Of a stretch of 64,000 nucleotides of DNA, positions 51,477-64,000 are shown one piece after another. The notes under the pieces are model-generated. The model worked only from the letters and a program-made list of their open reading frames with translations, made no database searches and was not told the origin of the DNA. The DNA is from Octopus vulgaris (taxonomy: Eukaryota), in assembly GCA_951406725.2 (NCBI GenBank), contig OX597819.1, positions 91,450,001-91,514,000 of the forward strand, given 5' to 3'. Each line of letters begins with the position of its first letter. The stretch's first letter is position 1. Position numbers and translations under genes: made by a program.

Positions 51477-53678
51477 CTGAAATACAATATCACATTATAT
51501 AATTAGTGTCACTGTCTCATGGAAATTATACAGAAAACTATAATTCATAAAAGTGAATATCAAGAAAAAAAATCAGTTTCTTGTTTATGGTAGGAAGTAA
51601 TGAAAAGGATTGATAGTCAGTAAAAGAAATAGAATTGAGATTGTCTTTCTTTTACTTACTGATCACCTTAAAACCTTTGCCTGTCTGAAGCATTTTCAAA
51701 AGTTTATTCTAAACATTCACGCTTGTTTTCAGACTTTAAGTTAACCCTTGTTTTTTATACATTCTGAGTAATACTCTCTTTTACTTGTTTCAGTCATTTG
51801 ACTGTGGCCATGCTGGAGCACCGCCTTTAGTCAAGCAAATCGACCCCAGGACTTATTCTTTGAAAGCCTAGTACTTATTCTATTGGTCTTTTTTGCTGAA
51901 CCGCTAAGTTACAGGAATGTAAACACACCAGCATCAGTTGTCAAGCGATGTTGGGGGGACAAACACAGACACACAAACACACACACAACACATATATAAA
52001 ATGAGCTTCTTTCAGTTTCCGTCTACCAAATCCACTCACAAGGCTTTGGTCAGCCCAAGGCTATAGTAGAAGACACTTGCCCAAGGTGCCACGCAGTGGA
52101 ACTGAACCCGGAACCAAGTGGTTGGTAAGCAAGCTACTTACCACACAGCCACTCGTATGCCTATAAAACTTTCCTTTCGTAAATCCCAAGTTATTTTGAT
52201 AGTTGAAAAACAGTGGTAATGTGTGTCATATATGATGTATAGACACCAGGGAAATATTTCCTGTGTATCATATGTAATATACATGATAGGCAAAAGTATA
52301 ATTACAGTCAAATGCTCATTTACAAAATACCAAACTTGACATTGAATTCATACTAAAACAATCTTGAATTTTTTTTCTGTGATAAGCACAGATGTGGCTA
52401 TAGGCCAGGTATGAATGTACTGCTAAGAAGGTTGCTTCCCAACCACATGGTGTCAAGTTCAGTCTCACTATATGGTACCTTGGGCATGTATCTTGTAATA
52501 TAGCCCCAGGTCAACCAGAACTTTGTGAGTGGATTTGGTACACGGAAATTGTGTGGAAGCCTGTTGTGTGTGTGTGTATGTTCTTGACACTGTGATAATT
52601 GTCATTCATTTCCAGTATCCTGTGAGAGCATGTCTGACCATGAGGAAATATAACCTTGCTTGGAAATAGGTGAGGGTTGACAACAGAAAGGGCATCTGGT
52701 TGTCAAAAATCTTCCTCAGTAAAATTTGTTTGACCCATGCAGCTACAGTATCTGTCATTAATTTGTTACATATAAAATGTTACATTCTATTATGCTGGGG
52801 TCACCAGAATGTAATGTTTTATAAGCATAAATACATGGCCAACCCATTTCTGTAAGAAAATATTGTTAGTAGCAATGGCCTTTATTTTATCATTACAGTT
52901 TCAGATACAACTTCTTCAAGTTGTTGTTGCACAATGATTATTTTCAGCTCTATAGTCCATCTTGTGGATAGTTAAGTTTATCTGTGAGTGACTGCTGGAA
53001 AAACATGTAAAAAGGAGGGAGAATGAGTAAAAAAATTTAGACAAGTAGAGAGGGTGAAAGTTGTGTAGTCACATGGTGACAAGCCATACATATGAAGTTC
53101 TCCTTTTGGCTAGGGCCAAGCAAAAAAAGATAGACCCAAATTTGGGTTCCGTATTTATATTTTTTCTAACTAAATTGGATCAAGCTTAACAAAGGATTTT
53201 CCATCTCCTGTTTGCCTGACCTAAGTTTGACTTGAAAAGTTACAGGTTAACAGCTAACACTCATAAATTTCTTAGTGCAAAAGCTGAGAACAATAGGAAG
53301 GAACTTGTAGAAAAATCTGGGCTAGGTTTCTAATCTTGGTTGAGAATCTAAGAAGCTATTTGTTACAGCATTTTCCTTTCAAGCATTATACTAATAACAT
53401 TCTTAAAACTTGTCCCTCTTGTGTCTTTTTCTCGTTTTAGCTCATTCACTTTATATCAAAGACCTTCCTGATAGGAAAAATGTATTTTGTGATAATGACT
53501 AGTGCGATATAATCATTGCTATGTGCAAAATAATACAAAACCAGAATATTCTACTTGAAAAAGGAGTATTTTCACTCCAACAAAGAACAAAATATATCTT
53601 AATAATCATTCAAGTTTTAAAATCAATGAAATATAGAAAAAAAAACAAACAAAAAGAAAATCAGAAGTGAATACATAC

Positions 53679-53754
53679 CATTATTGCTTTATTATATTCT
53701 TTGTACACACCACCAGCATAATCCTCAAATCCATTTGTGACCATCATTCCACAG
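53679..53754 (-). CDS. CTSZ: Cathepsin Z exon (CGMMVTNGFEDYAGGVYKEYNKAIM)
   Basis: TTTTATAG acceptor, GTATGT donor; phase 2 to 0; continues GPIS-CG...Y.GG.Y.E. Confidence 0.93.
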
Positions 53755-55035
53755 CTATAAAATAAATTGTTTAAAGATAATGAAAATTTAAAAATAAATA
53801 TTGAAATAAATTTTGTTGTGACTACAGAGGGTCATTATGCCAATATTATTTACACACACACTGGTTCAATTCCACTCCTTTATTATTAGTCAATTTGTTA
53901 TATATCCAACTAACTAACTGATTATTTGTTTAACTTGGTTAAACAGTAAGTCATTTATTTGTTTTTGTTTGTCAAAGCTCTTTCGTGACTATTTGCAACC
54001 TTCTCAGTGACTTTTCTCTTAGTTCGTTATGGAGGTAGCATTTGTCTGTCTGAGACCTTGTGTGTACAAAAACAAAGGAAAATAGATGATGTCAATAAAA
54101 TTAAAGGTTATAATTCAAAGACCTTTGAAGGATTTATACACATCAAAGCTTAGTTCCAGTTCTATATTAACTGTGAAATTATATTTCATGGTTATTCTGG
54201 TAATGAAGTCAAATATCTACAACAAAAATAGAATTGGCATTTTCAGCAAGTTATGTTGCCTCAATAAACTTTACATAAACACCAGCACTGGCATTGTCTA
54301 TTTTGGCATGTTTCTTACAGCTAGATGCCCTTCCAAATGCCAACCACCTTACAGAGTGACCTGAGTCCTTTTTATGTGGCGCCAGTATGTGGCGGAGAGC
54401 TGGGCGAAATGCTTAGCTGTATTACGTCTGCCGTTACGTTCTGAGTTTGAATTCCGCCGAGGTCAATTTTGCCTTTCATCCTTTCAGGGTCGATAAATTA
54501 AGTACCAGTTACGCACTGGGGTCGACATAATCGACTTAATCCGTTTGTCTGTCCTTGTTTGTCCTCTCTGTGTTTAGCCCCTTGTGGGTAGTAAAGAAAT
54601 AAGGACTAGCAAGGTCTGCTTTGCCATGATTTTAACAGCTGGATGCCTTTCTAAATACCAACCACTTTACAATGTGGATTGGATGCATTTTATGAGTTTA
54701 TATATATATATATATATATAGTAGAATAATGAAGAGAAAGTTGTTGGTACAGTATCATATAAATTTGAAAGTATGAGTAGAGATGGCTTTTTCGAGGGGA
54801 TAATTTTTATTTTAATCTTACTAATAATGTTTACAGTGAGTTACTCTGATATGAGTTTCAAACTCCAGGTAGCCATTTTCAAATTGAAAAATGTATGTTT
54901 TACAGGATGTTTAAATAGCAAAAAAATTTTTTCTTACAAGTATACATACAAAATAATATACACAGAAATGAGAAAAGAATATAAAAAATATTAAAAAATA
55001 GAATAAATAAATAAATAAATATATATATATATATG

Positions 55036-55081
<46 letters not shown>

Positions 55082-55357
55082 TATTGTTGTGTCTGGGAGT
55101 CATTCTCTTTTAGTGCCTTATTATTTAACACACACACTGGTTCAGTTTCCACTCATTTATTTCTTCATTTTTTTCTAAAATTTTCGTTGCATCTTGAAAA
55201 TTTTAGAAAAAAAAATTAAAAAGTAAATGAATAGAAACTGAACCAGTGAGTGTTAAATAATAAGGTACAAAAAGAGAATTACTTTCCCCAGACAACAAAA
55301 TATGCTTCAACACACAAACTCACATAAAGAATCTTGCAAACCAAATCCCAAAATGAA

Positions 55358-55549
<192 letters not shown>

Positions 55550-55931
55550 ATACAAAAGCATATGTGAAGAAAAACAATTTTTAACTGTTGGGTTCATGGT
55601 TGTTTTGTAAAGCTTCGCATTTGTTAGTAGTCTCTTTAGCGATTTGTGTTGCTTTTTGCATTTGATGAGTTTATGTGTTTTCATGATCCTATATATAAGT
55701 ACATGTACATATGCGCATGTGTTTGTGTACGTCCTCCCCATGGCTGCTTGACAATTGGTATTTGGTTTGTTTACATCCCTCATAGCTTAGTAGGTTGGCA
55801 AAAGAGACTAACAGAATAAAGTAACAGACATAGGTACTGCCTTCAGGGCAATGGCCTTGCAGTCCAATGACTAAAACATGTAGAAGACAAATGATACATG
55901 TGTATATTAGTGTGCATAATGAAAACTGATA

Positions 55932-56654
55932 TCTCTCTATATATAAACGGCAAAATGTCTGTCTGTGTCTGTGTCCGTCCTTTATACAAATCCACAATTT
56001 TTCAGTTAGAGGGCTCGCACTTTCTATGATCATTCAAAACCGTCCAAGGGTGGTTGTGAAGATCTTTTCATTTCCCAGTTACCCCTGAAAGCCATTTAAA
56101 AAAATCGATAAACCAACCCCTTATGTTTCAGGTAACAAAAGTCTTTAATACAAGGGACGTAACTCACTTAATCCAGCAGCTTAATCTAAAGATATTAAAC
56201 CATAGCAAGGGAAATAACTCTTTAAAACTCTGAATTTCTCCCCCTTTGTTATGTATCACACCTCAATACCAGACCAATTTATCCAATTTAGGACCGAAAC
56301 TGTCCCGAATTTTCTGGATTTTCCAGTTTCCCAGAGAATTTCTAAACGTTTGCTTAAAATCTCTATATCTATAAATAGCAAAATGTCTGTTTTGATTGGA
56401 CGGAGATAATTTTACACCTGAGAGTTGGATGTGCATGTGCATTTGCAGTCTGTATGACTCTGCGCATTTTTGTGTTTTGCGAAGATGCGTTATCATGTGT
56501 TTTGGCTTTCAAATGTGCACGCGTTTTTGATTTGAGAAATGCAGAGAATAATTAACGAGTTAGACCAAGTGAATGACAAGAGAGAAGGATTTTCATGAAA
56601 GACCAAATATGCTTGACTAGCACTAGACCCAATAACGCTGGGTCATAGTGCTAG
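55932..56654 (+). mobile_element. Non-autonomous Helitron-like element
   Basis: A|TC start with TCTCTATATATAAA, 3' hairpin GACCCA...TGGGTC, CTAG|T end; a second 5'-end-like motif near 56360. Confidence 0.75.
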
Positions 56655-56872
56655 TAGGCAATAAATGAATACCTAATGGTCATGTGGTGAAGGAGTTTGC
56701 TTTGCAACTATGTAGTCTCACTGTGTGACACCTTGGGTAGATGTTTTTTTTTACAACCGCAGGTGTGGAAAGAAGCTTCCCAACCACATGGTTTCAGGTG
56801 CAGTCCCACTGCGTGGCACTTTGGATTGACCAAGGCCTTGTGAATGAATTTGTAGAAACTGAAAATGCCTGT

Positions 56873-56908
<36 letters not shown>

Positions 56909-57235
56909 TACTTCTAATATAAGGATGAAATTTTTCAAAAAAATCTTATCAGTGAGCAGCATATTAAAATACCTTTTAAGGTGAAAATTATAAACAATTA
57001 TAAATAAAGGTGAAAGAAAAAAAATTTCTCTGCCAATATGCTGAAAAATAGACTTTAGATGATCTAAAGTCTATTTTTCAGCATATTAAGGCATAGAAAA
57101 TAATTTTCTTTTGCCCTTATTTATAATTTTATATATATATATATGTACAGATAAATTCCTCTATTTACATAATATCGAGGTCTCTTTCATTCTTTTGTTG
57201 TCTTACCATTATTATTAAAATATGTATGTTTATGT

Positions 57236-57328
<93 letters not shown>

Positions 57329-57588
57329 GTGTGTGTGTGTGCCTTTGTGCTTGTGTTTATCTCCCACCCCACCCCACCCGACCATCACTGCTTGACAGCT
57401 GATGTTGGTGGGTTTATGTCCCTGCAACTTAGCAGTCTGGCAAAAGTGACTGATAGAATAAGTACCAAGCTTAAAAAAAATAAATCCTGGAGTCAATCTG
57501 TTTGACTGAAACCCTCTTCAAAGTGGTGCTCCAGCATGGCTGCAGTCAAATGACTGAAACAAATAAAAGAATAAAAGAATATATTTAC

Positions 57589-57739
57589 CTGATTGGTCCT
57601 TTTTTATATATTTCTGCCTTCATCTTTTCAATTCCAGAGACGCTGCCATAATCAGCGACATACCAGATGGTGTAATTTTTGACTGGTGCACATTCTCCAA
57701 ACGTTTTACATGTGCCACATCTATTAAACTTTGGGCAAT
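57589..57739 (-). CDS. CTSZ: Cathepsin Z (X) internal exon ([50 protein letters not shown])
   Basis: CCTAG acceptor, GTAAAT donor; close match to cathepsin Z (CGTC...NYTLW.VGDYGSLSG.EKMMAEIY..GPIS). Upstream exons, including the catalytic Cys, were not found in the window. Confidence 0.95.
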
Positions 57740-57869
57740 CTAGGCATTAACAAACGAAATCCAAAATCAATATATGTGAGAATGTATGTGCAAAAAACTT
57801 AGATACTTATGTACATACAAGTATTACATTGGTCTTTACATAAGAATCATCCAACTTATGTCAACATGG

Positions 57870-58326
57870 AAAATGACGATGATGATGATGATGGTGGTGA
57901 TGGTGGTGATGATGGTGGTGGTGGTGATTGTAGCGATGCTGATTGAGGCGGTAGAAGTAGTGGTGGTAGTGATGGTAATGGTGGTAGTGATGGTAATGGT
58001 AGTGGTGGTGGTGATGATGATGATGATGATGACAATGATGATGTTGGTGGTGGTGGTGGTGGTGGTAGAGATGGTTGGTAGTGGCAGTGGTGGTGATGAT
58101 GACAATGACAAAGATGATGGTGGTGGTGATGATGGTGGTGGTAGTAGTAGGACTAGTAGTAGTGGCGGTGGTAGTAATGGTAATGATGGCAATAATGACG
58201 ATGATGATGATGACAATGATGATGTTGGTGGTGGGGGTAGAGATGGTTGGTAGTGGTGGTGGTAGTAATGGTAATGATGGCAATAATGACGATGATGATG
58301 ACAATGATGATGTTGATGATGATGTT
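57870..58326. repeat. Compound (GAT/GGT/AGT)n trinucleotide tract with internal block duplications
   Basis: Directly visible; generates the His/Thr/Val/Met-rich spurious ORFs. Confidence 0.95.
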
Positions 58327-59012
58327 GAAATTGTGCAGTCCAGAGACTTCATTTTAACTACTGCTCCTATGGTTAACTCCTCTTCTATATCTGATATATC
58401 TAATGTTTCTAGTTTGCATTCTTTCAAAGGGTTGCATTATGCAGTCAGTTTTTCACATATCTTGCTGTTTTTTTTGGGGTTTTTTTGTGCCTGTTACTAT
58501 TGTGTTACACAGCACTAAGTGCTTGTCATCTCTCTCCTAGATATAGAATGAAGACACTTATCTACTGTTACTCCTAGAATGTTCATGAAAGAAAAAAATG
58601 GATTATATGGAAATATTATTTCAGGCATGGCTGTGTGGTAAGAAGCTAGGGTTCAGAGTTCAAATTCACTTCCACTGCATGGCACCTTGAGCATGAGCCT
58701 CAGGCTGACCAAAGTCTTGTGAGTGGACTTGATAGATGGAAACACATACACAAACACACGTGTATGAGTGTGTGTGTGTATCTGTGTGTGTTTGTGTGTG
58801 TGTGTGTGTGTGTGCAAGTGTCTTTATGTATGTCCCCACACAACCACTTGACAACCAGTGTTGGTGTGTTTATGTCGACATAACTTAGTGGTTCAGCAAA
58901 AGAGGTTGCTAAAATAAGTACCAAGCTGTTAAAAAAATATAAGTATTTGGGGTTGATACATTCAACTGAAAATTCTTAAATCTTCAAATAAAAGATGAAA
59001 AAAAATAATATT

Positions 59013-60057
59013 GGCGACAAAGGGTCTCTCCCTCAGAGCGAAAGGTAGATTGTATGATGCATGTGTGTGAACTGCCATGCTTCACGGTAATGAAACATGG
59101 GCTGTGACTGCAGAGGACATGCGTAGACTTGAAAGAAATGAAGCTAGCATGATCCGCTGGATGTGTAATGTCAGTGTGCACGCACGACAGAGTGTAAGCA
59201 CCCTGAGAGAAATGCTGGATATAAGAAGCATCAGATGTGGTGTGCAAGAGCGAAGCTTGCGATGGTATGGTCATGTGCTGCGGATGGATGAGGAGAGATG
59301 TGTGAAGAAGTTCCACTCCCAAACAGTTGAAGGTATCAGGGGAGAGGTAGACCCAGGAAGACATGGGATGAGGTAGTCAAGCATGACCTCAGAGCGTTGG
59401 GCCTCACTGAGGCAATGGCGAAGGACCGAGATCTCTGGAGATATGCTGTGACTGCAAAGACTCGGGCTGCTTCCTGCATCAGTTCCGCATAGCCCCTGCC
59501 CATTCAAAGTACCCCGGATCCCAGATCGTCCCGCTGTGCTTGAGGAGCATGAACATGAACGTCGAAATAAATATCAATGGAAATAGTAGTTATGATGCCT
59601 GTGCCGGTGGCACATAAAAAGCACTATCCGAACGTGGCCGATGCCAGGGCCGCCCCGACTGGCTTCTGTGCCGGTGGCACATAAAAAGCACCATCCGAAC
59701 GTGGCCAATGCCTGCGCCGCCCCGACTGGCCCCTGTGCCGGTGGCACATAAAAAAGACCATCCGAACGTTGCCAGCGCCGCCTTGGCTGGCTTCCGTGCT
59801 GCTGGCACGTTAAAAGCTCGAACCGATTGTGACCGATGCCGGACCCCACCCCTGGCACCTGTGCAGGTGGCACGTAAAAGCACCCACTACACTCGCGGAG
59901 TGGTTGGCGTTAGGAAGGGCATCCAGCCGTAGAAACTCTGCCAGATCAGACTGGAGCCTGGAGCAGCCCCTGGCTTCCCAGACCCCGGTCGAACCGTCCA
60001 ACCCGTGCTAGCGCGGAAAACGGACGTTAAACGATGATGATGATGATGATGATGATG
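59013..60057 (+). mobile_element. RTE-clade LINE 3' end, CpG-rich (probably young), with 3' UTR minisatellite and (GAT)n tail
   Basis: MLHGNETWAVT...LRWYGHVLRMDEER; about 70-bp tandem units at 59590-59880. Confidence 0.92.
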
Positions 60058-60515
60058 TTCTCTCACTCGTAAGAAAAAGACCTCTCGTAATAACAAAGCA
60101 AAAGAAGAATTATAAATCCTAAGCAGTTCTCTCCCCTTAAAAGGAAACTTCACCCCCCTCCCCCCATTTCTTAGTAAACTCTCTTTATCTCTCTCTTTTA
60201 CTCCGAAAGCAACTGTAGGTGTAGTAACCAACAGTCGCTAGTCAAGTTAGTCACATCTTTGTGGTTAGAAATGTGGTTAAAAATGAATACTTTGCTCTTT
60301 GTCAACCTGGTATTGAATTAACACCCACTAAATATTTCAGATTTTGTCTAGATCATGTAGTGTCATGATGAGATGCCATTTGTACACACAAACGCACACA
60401 ATCTGACAATATCACAATGGCACACATGCACTGTCATAACACACCTGTGGTGAACAAGTACATATGTGTATGTTGTTACAAAAGACTTTAACAAAAGATA
60501 TATATGTATGTAATC

Positions 60516-60570
<55 letters not shown>

Positions 60571-60941
60571 ATATGTGTGTATGTGTATATATATATATAA
60601 GTGAGTGTGTGTGTGTGTATGTGTATGTATGTATGTATATATATATATATATATATATATACTGGAGTAAACACATAAATGTGAAACAAGGTGGAAAAAT
60701 AAGTACTCAAATACCAGTGGTAGAGTAATATGCTTTATTTAAAGCAGCAGAAAATTCAACAAAACCTGTTGCGACCTGTTCACTGACAAGATGCAGCATG
60801 GAATTTTGTCATTGAACAGGTCGCGTTCTCAAAGTGACAATAATATTTTGACAAATTAAATTTAAATGTTGAAGTGAAACTCATGGATTTTGTGTGTTTC
60901 TTAAATGGCTTATAAACACCTTCCACGCTGCAATTGTTTAA

Positions 60942-60978
<37 letters not shown>

Positions 60979-61044
60979 ACCGCACGTGTAGCGTTGGCGA
61001 TTTTTTTCCTCTGTTTTCCCTTCTTTGGATCTTTCCTTTTCTAT

Positions 61045-61079
61045 GTTTCTGACGAAGAGCTCTGCTCGAAATGTTAAAC
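61045..61079 (+). ncRNA. Minimal hammerhead motif, canonical C3:G8 core
   Basis: GTTT-CTGACGA-A-GAGC(TCT)GCTC-GAAA-TG-TT-AAAC, inside a (TA)n-flanked insert at about 60976-61172. Confidence 0.68.
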
Positions 61080-61172
61080 CCTCCTTCTTTCCTGAGCGTC
61101 CAATAATACTATACTTGTTCCACATGGTCGCGTTGTTGTGTTTTCTCTTTGTGTTCTCATGTTTGGATTAAC

Positions 61173-61222
<50 letters not shown>

Positions 61223-61250
61223 CATATGTATGTGTGTATATGTAGATATA

Positions 61251-62878
61251 TCATCATCATCATCATCATCGTTTAACGCCCATTTTCCATGCTGGCATGG
61301 GATGGACGGTTTGACTGAGGTCTGGAGAGCCAGCAGCTGCACCAGGCTCCAATCTCATCTGGCAATGTTTCTACAGCTGGATGCCCTTCCTAATGCCAAC
61401 CACTTCGAGAGTGTAGTGGTTGCTTTTTATGTGCCACTGGCATGGGAGTCAGGCAGGGGCACTGGCCACAGCTACAATATTGGTTTATTGCCTGATGCAT
61501 CAGGGGTATTCTTAACAGGGCTGGACATGTGTGGCTGCGATCTCACTTTACTTGCCTGGTCTTCTCAATCATTGACTCTGTGAGGCCCAGTGTTCAAAGG
61601 TCTTCCTGGGTCTATCTCTTCCACAGGTTCCTTCCACAGTTAGGGAGTGGCACTTCCTCACACAGCTGTCTTCATTCATACATAACACATGACCATAACA
61701 GTGCAGACGCCTCTCTTGCACACCACATTTGACACTTCTTATGCCCAACTTTTCTCTCAGAGCACTTACTCTCCATCATGTACACACACTGACATTACAC
61801 ATCCAGCAGATCATATTAGCTTCCTTTCTTTCAAGCCTACGCATGTCCTCAGCATTCATGGCCCATGTTTCACTGCCTTGTAGCATGGCAGTTCGCACAC
61901 ATGCATCATACAATCTACCTTTCACCCTGAGCGAGAGGCCCTTAGTTGCCAGCAGAGATAGGAACTCCCTGAACTTTGCCCAGGCTATTTTTACTCTAGT
62001 TGCTACACTCTCAGAGCAGTTACCCCCACTACAGACTTGGTTGCTTAGGCAGTGGAGACTATTAACTACTAGTTTCTCCCCCTAGCATGTGATGGAATCT
62101 GTTTTCTGTACATCTTCAGTGTTTATTATTCTAGTGCATCTGCCACACACAAAAACTATTTTCTCAGTTAACCTTCCTTTGATATTGCTGCACCTCTTAT
62201 GTGTCCATAGCTTTCACTGGGTACATCGTATGGAGTCTCTACCCATGCCTTTTCTACTGATTGAGCAGGGCCATCTACCTGAAGGGGGTTGTGATTTGAT
62301 AGCCTTCCTACTTACTAAGAGTTTGGTTTTTGCTAGGTTAACCCTAAGACCCTTCAATTCTAGACTTTGCTTCCACACCCTAAACTTTGTCTCCAGTTCT
62401 GGCAGTGACTCAGCTATTAGAGCAAGGTCATCAGCATAGAGGAGGCCCCAGGGGCATCTTGTCTTGAATTCCTCTGCTATTGCCTGGAGGACTATAATGA
62501 ATAAGAGGAGGCTGAGGACTGATCCTTGGTGAACTACTTCTACTCGGAATTCTTCACTATACTCATTGCCAACCCTCACCTTACTGACAGCATCCCTGTA
62601 CAGGGCTTGTACAGCTCTTACTAATCACTTGTCTATCCCCAGTTTCCGTATTGATCACCAGACAAGGGAGCAGGAGTCCCAGTCAAAGGCTTTCTCCAAG
62701 TCAACAAAAGCCAAGTACAGAGGTTTATCTTTGGCTAGATATTTCTCCTGCAGTTGCCTTACCAGAAATATAGCATCAGTGGTGCTTCTGCCTGGCACAA
62801 AACCAAACTGCATCTCATCTAGGCTAACTCTCTCCCTAATTAGTTGGCCTGTGACCCTCTCTGTAACGTCCATCACCT
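61251..62878 (-). mobile_element. RTE-clade LINE, 5'-truncated, with RT domain and (GAT)n tail
   Basis: QFGFVPGRSTTDAIF...AFVDLEKAFD, QGSVLS, YADDLAL motifs; stops and frameshifts; 3' UTR shared with many short copies. Confidence 0.93.
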
Positions 62879-62918
62879 AAAACAAAAATAACACTGACAT
62901 CTCATTTTAATAGATATA

Positions 62919-63193
62919 CAGGGTGCATAAGATATTCGAGGACAGCTTTATGCTTATAAAAAACAGATATATATGCTATGAGGATAAAAATAAACCGTCT
63001 TTTCTATAATGTCATTTAATAAAGCTACCATCAGCTTCAACAACTGCTTCCACATGAGATCTAAATCATCTACATGCTCAAATCAAGTGGTCCTGGTTCA
63101 TTTTGGACATTACTCTGACTATGGCAACAACACTCAACATGTAATAGTCCAATGGATTGAGATCTGGGAAATTAGGAGGCCAAATGTTAGGGA
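62919..63193 (-). mobile_element. Tc1/mariner-superfamily transposase C-terminal remnant with right end
   Basis: IWPPNFPDLNPLDYY and RSHVEAVVEADGSFIK*; terminus TA-CAGGGTG. Confidence 0.82.
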
Positions 63194-63210
63194 TGTGTGT
63201 GTATATAGAC

Positions 63211-63265
<55 letters not shown>

Positions 63266-63612
63266 GATGTGTGTGTATGATTTCATTTTCTCCTCATGTG
63301 TATATATGTTTCACTTGGTTGTAAACAGCAGCTTCTCTAACAGTGTCATTTGTTTACAATCCACTTTGTAGCACTTTGAAGCTGTTTGTTTCTAGTTTTC
63401 CACATATGCCTGGGATGTTTGGTGTTTGTTGAACCAGGAGATTATTTTCTTATTTGGAAACAGGTGGGGATTGGCATCAAGTAGGACACCCAGATGTAGA
63501 AAACCTTGCCCCAACAACATACCCAGCCTGACCTACACAAGCATAGAAAAGCAATGCTGATGATCAATCTGTCTGTCTATATGAGAAAGTATGTGTGTGT
63601 GCACATGTGTGA

Positions 63613-63647
<35 letters not shown>

Positions 63648-64000
63648 TGTGTTTCCTTGTCTTGACATTGTGCTGTAGCTATAAACTAATGTTATTGGTC
63701 ATACAAATGTTGTCATTTGTTTCCACTCTTCCATGCAAACATGTTCAGCCTTTGAGAAATATTACCTTGCTTGAAAACAGACAAGGGCTGCCAACAGAAA
63801 CCAACCCAATCAATAAAAAAAAAAACCATCTGGTCATAGAAAACCTTCCTTGGTGATTTCAGCCCAATACATGCAAAATGTGGAAAAATGGACCTTAAAA
63901 CAATGATGATGATGATGACAATGATGAAGATGACGAAGATGACAACCATTGATGACGATGATGATTCATAACAAAGATTTATATATTATATATATATATA

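Noticed and set aside
53679-53754. Initial resemblance of GMMVTNGFEDY to an NYN/Regnase RNase motif
   Set aside because: The neighbouring exons splice in frame to an unambiguous cathepsin Z.
54835-54900. Possible further hammerhead remnants (GAAACTC...GAGTA on -; also CCAACGAAAGCGC near 46775)
   Set aside because: The CUGANGA strand and stems are too degraded to support a call.
57786-58518. Long His-, Thr-, Val- and Met-rich ORFs (up to 188 aa) on both strands
   Set aside because: They are translations of a trinucleotide tract inside a CTSZ intron; no splice or homology support.
59590-59890. Repeat-spacer appearance suggesting a CRISPR array
   Set aside because: The intervening sequences are homologous to each other, the array is inside a LINE UTR, there are no cas genes and the DNA is eukaryotic.

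Overview
AT-rich, repeat-dense eukaryotic DNA. The SINE/LINE families and (TA)n/(CA)n/(GAT)n microsatellites look like a coleoid cephalopod, probably Octopus (inference, not verified). Two spliced protein-coding genes, neither called as such by the ORF track, were assembled by hand. The first is a complete six-exon CENP-M gene on + (17437-38228, 175 aa). The second is the last four exons of cathepsin Z on - (57739-45252); its 5' exons were not found and presumably lie beyond the window. The two genes are convergent. The rest is mobile DNA: three tRNA-derived SINE families, many RTE LINE 3' ends, CR1-type fragments, decayed piggyBac, Merlin and Tc1/mariner transposases, MITEs and a non-autonomous Helitron. 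The most striking unexplained layer is a set of short elements, several beside (TA)n tracts, carrying minimal hammerhead-ribozyme motifs of the Penelope-like type. Their catalytic 3:8 base pair differs between families (C-G, U-A, G-C), and several elements fold back on themselves at or near the ribozyme. Also noted: a candidate LINE partner for one SINE family, inverted-repeat pairs flanking exons, and candidate unannotated exons. Repeat boundaries are approximate; exon boundaries were counted by hand.
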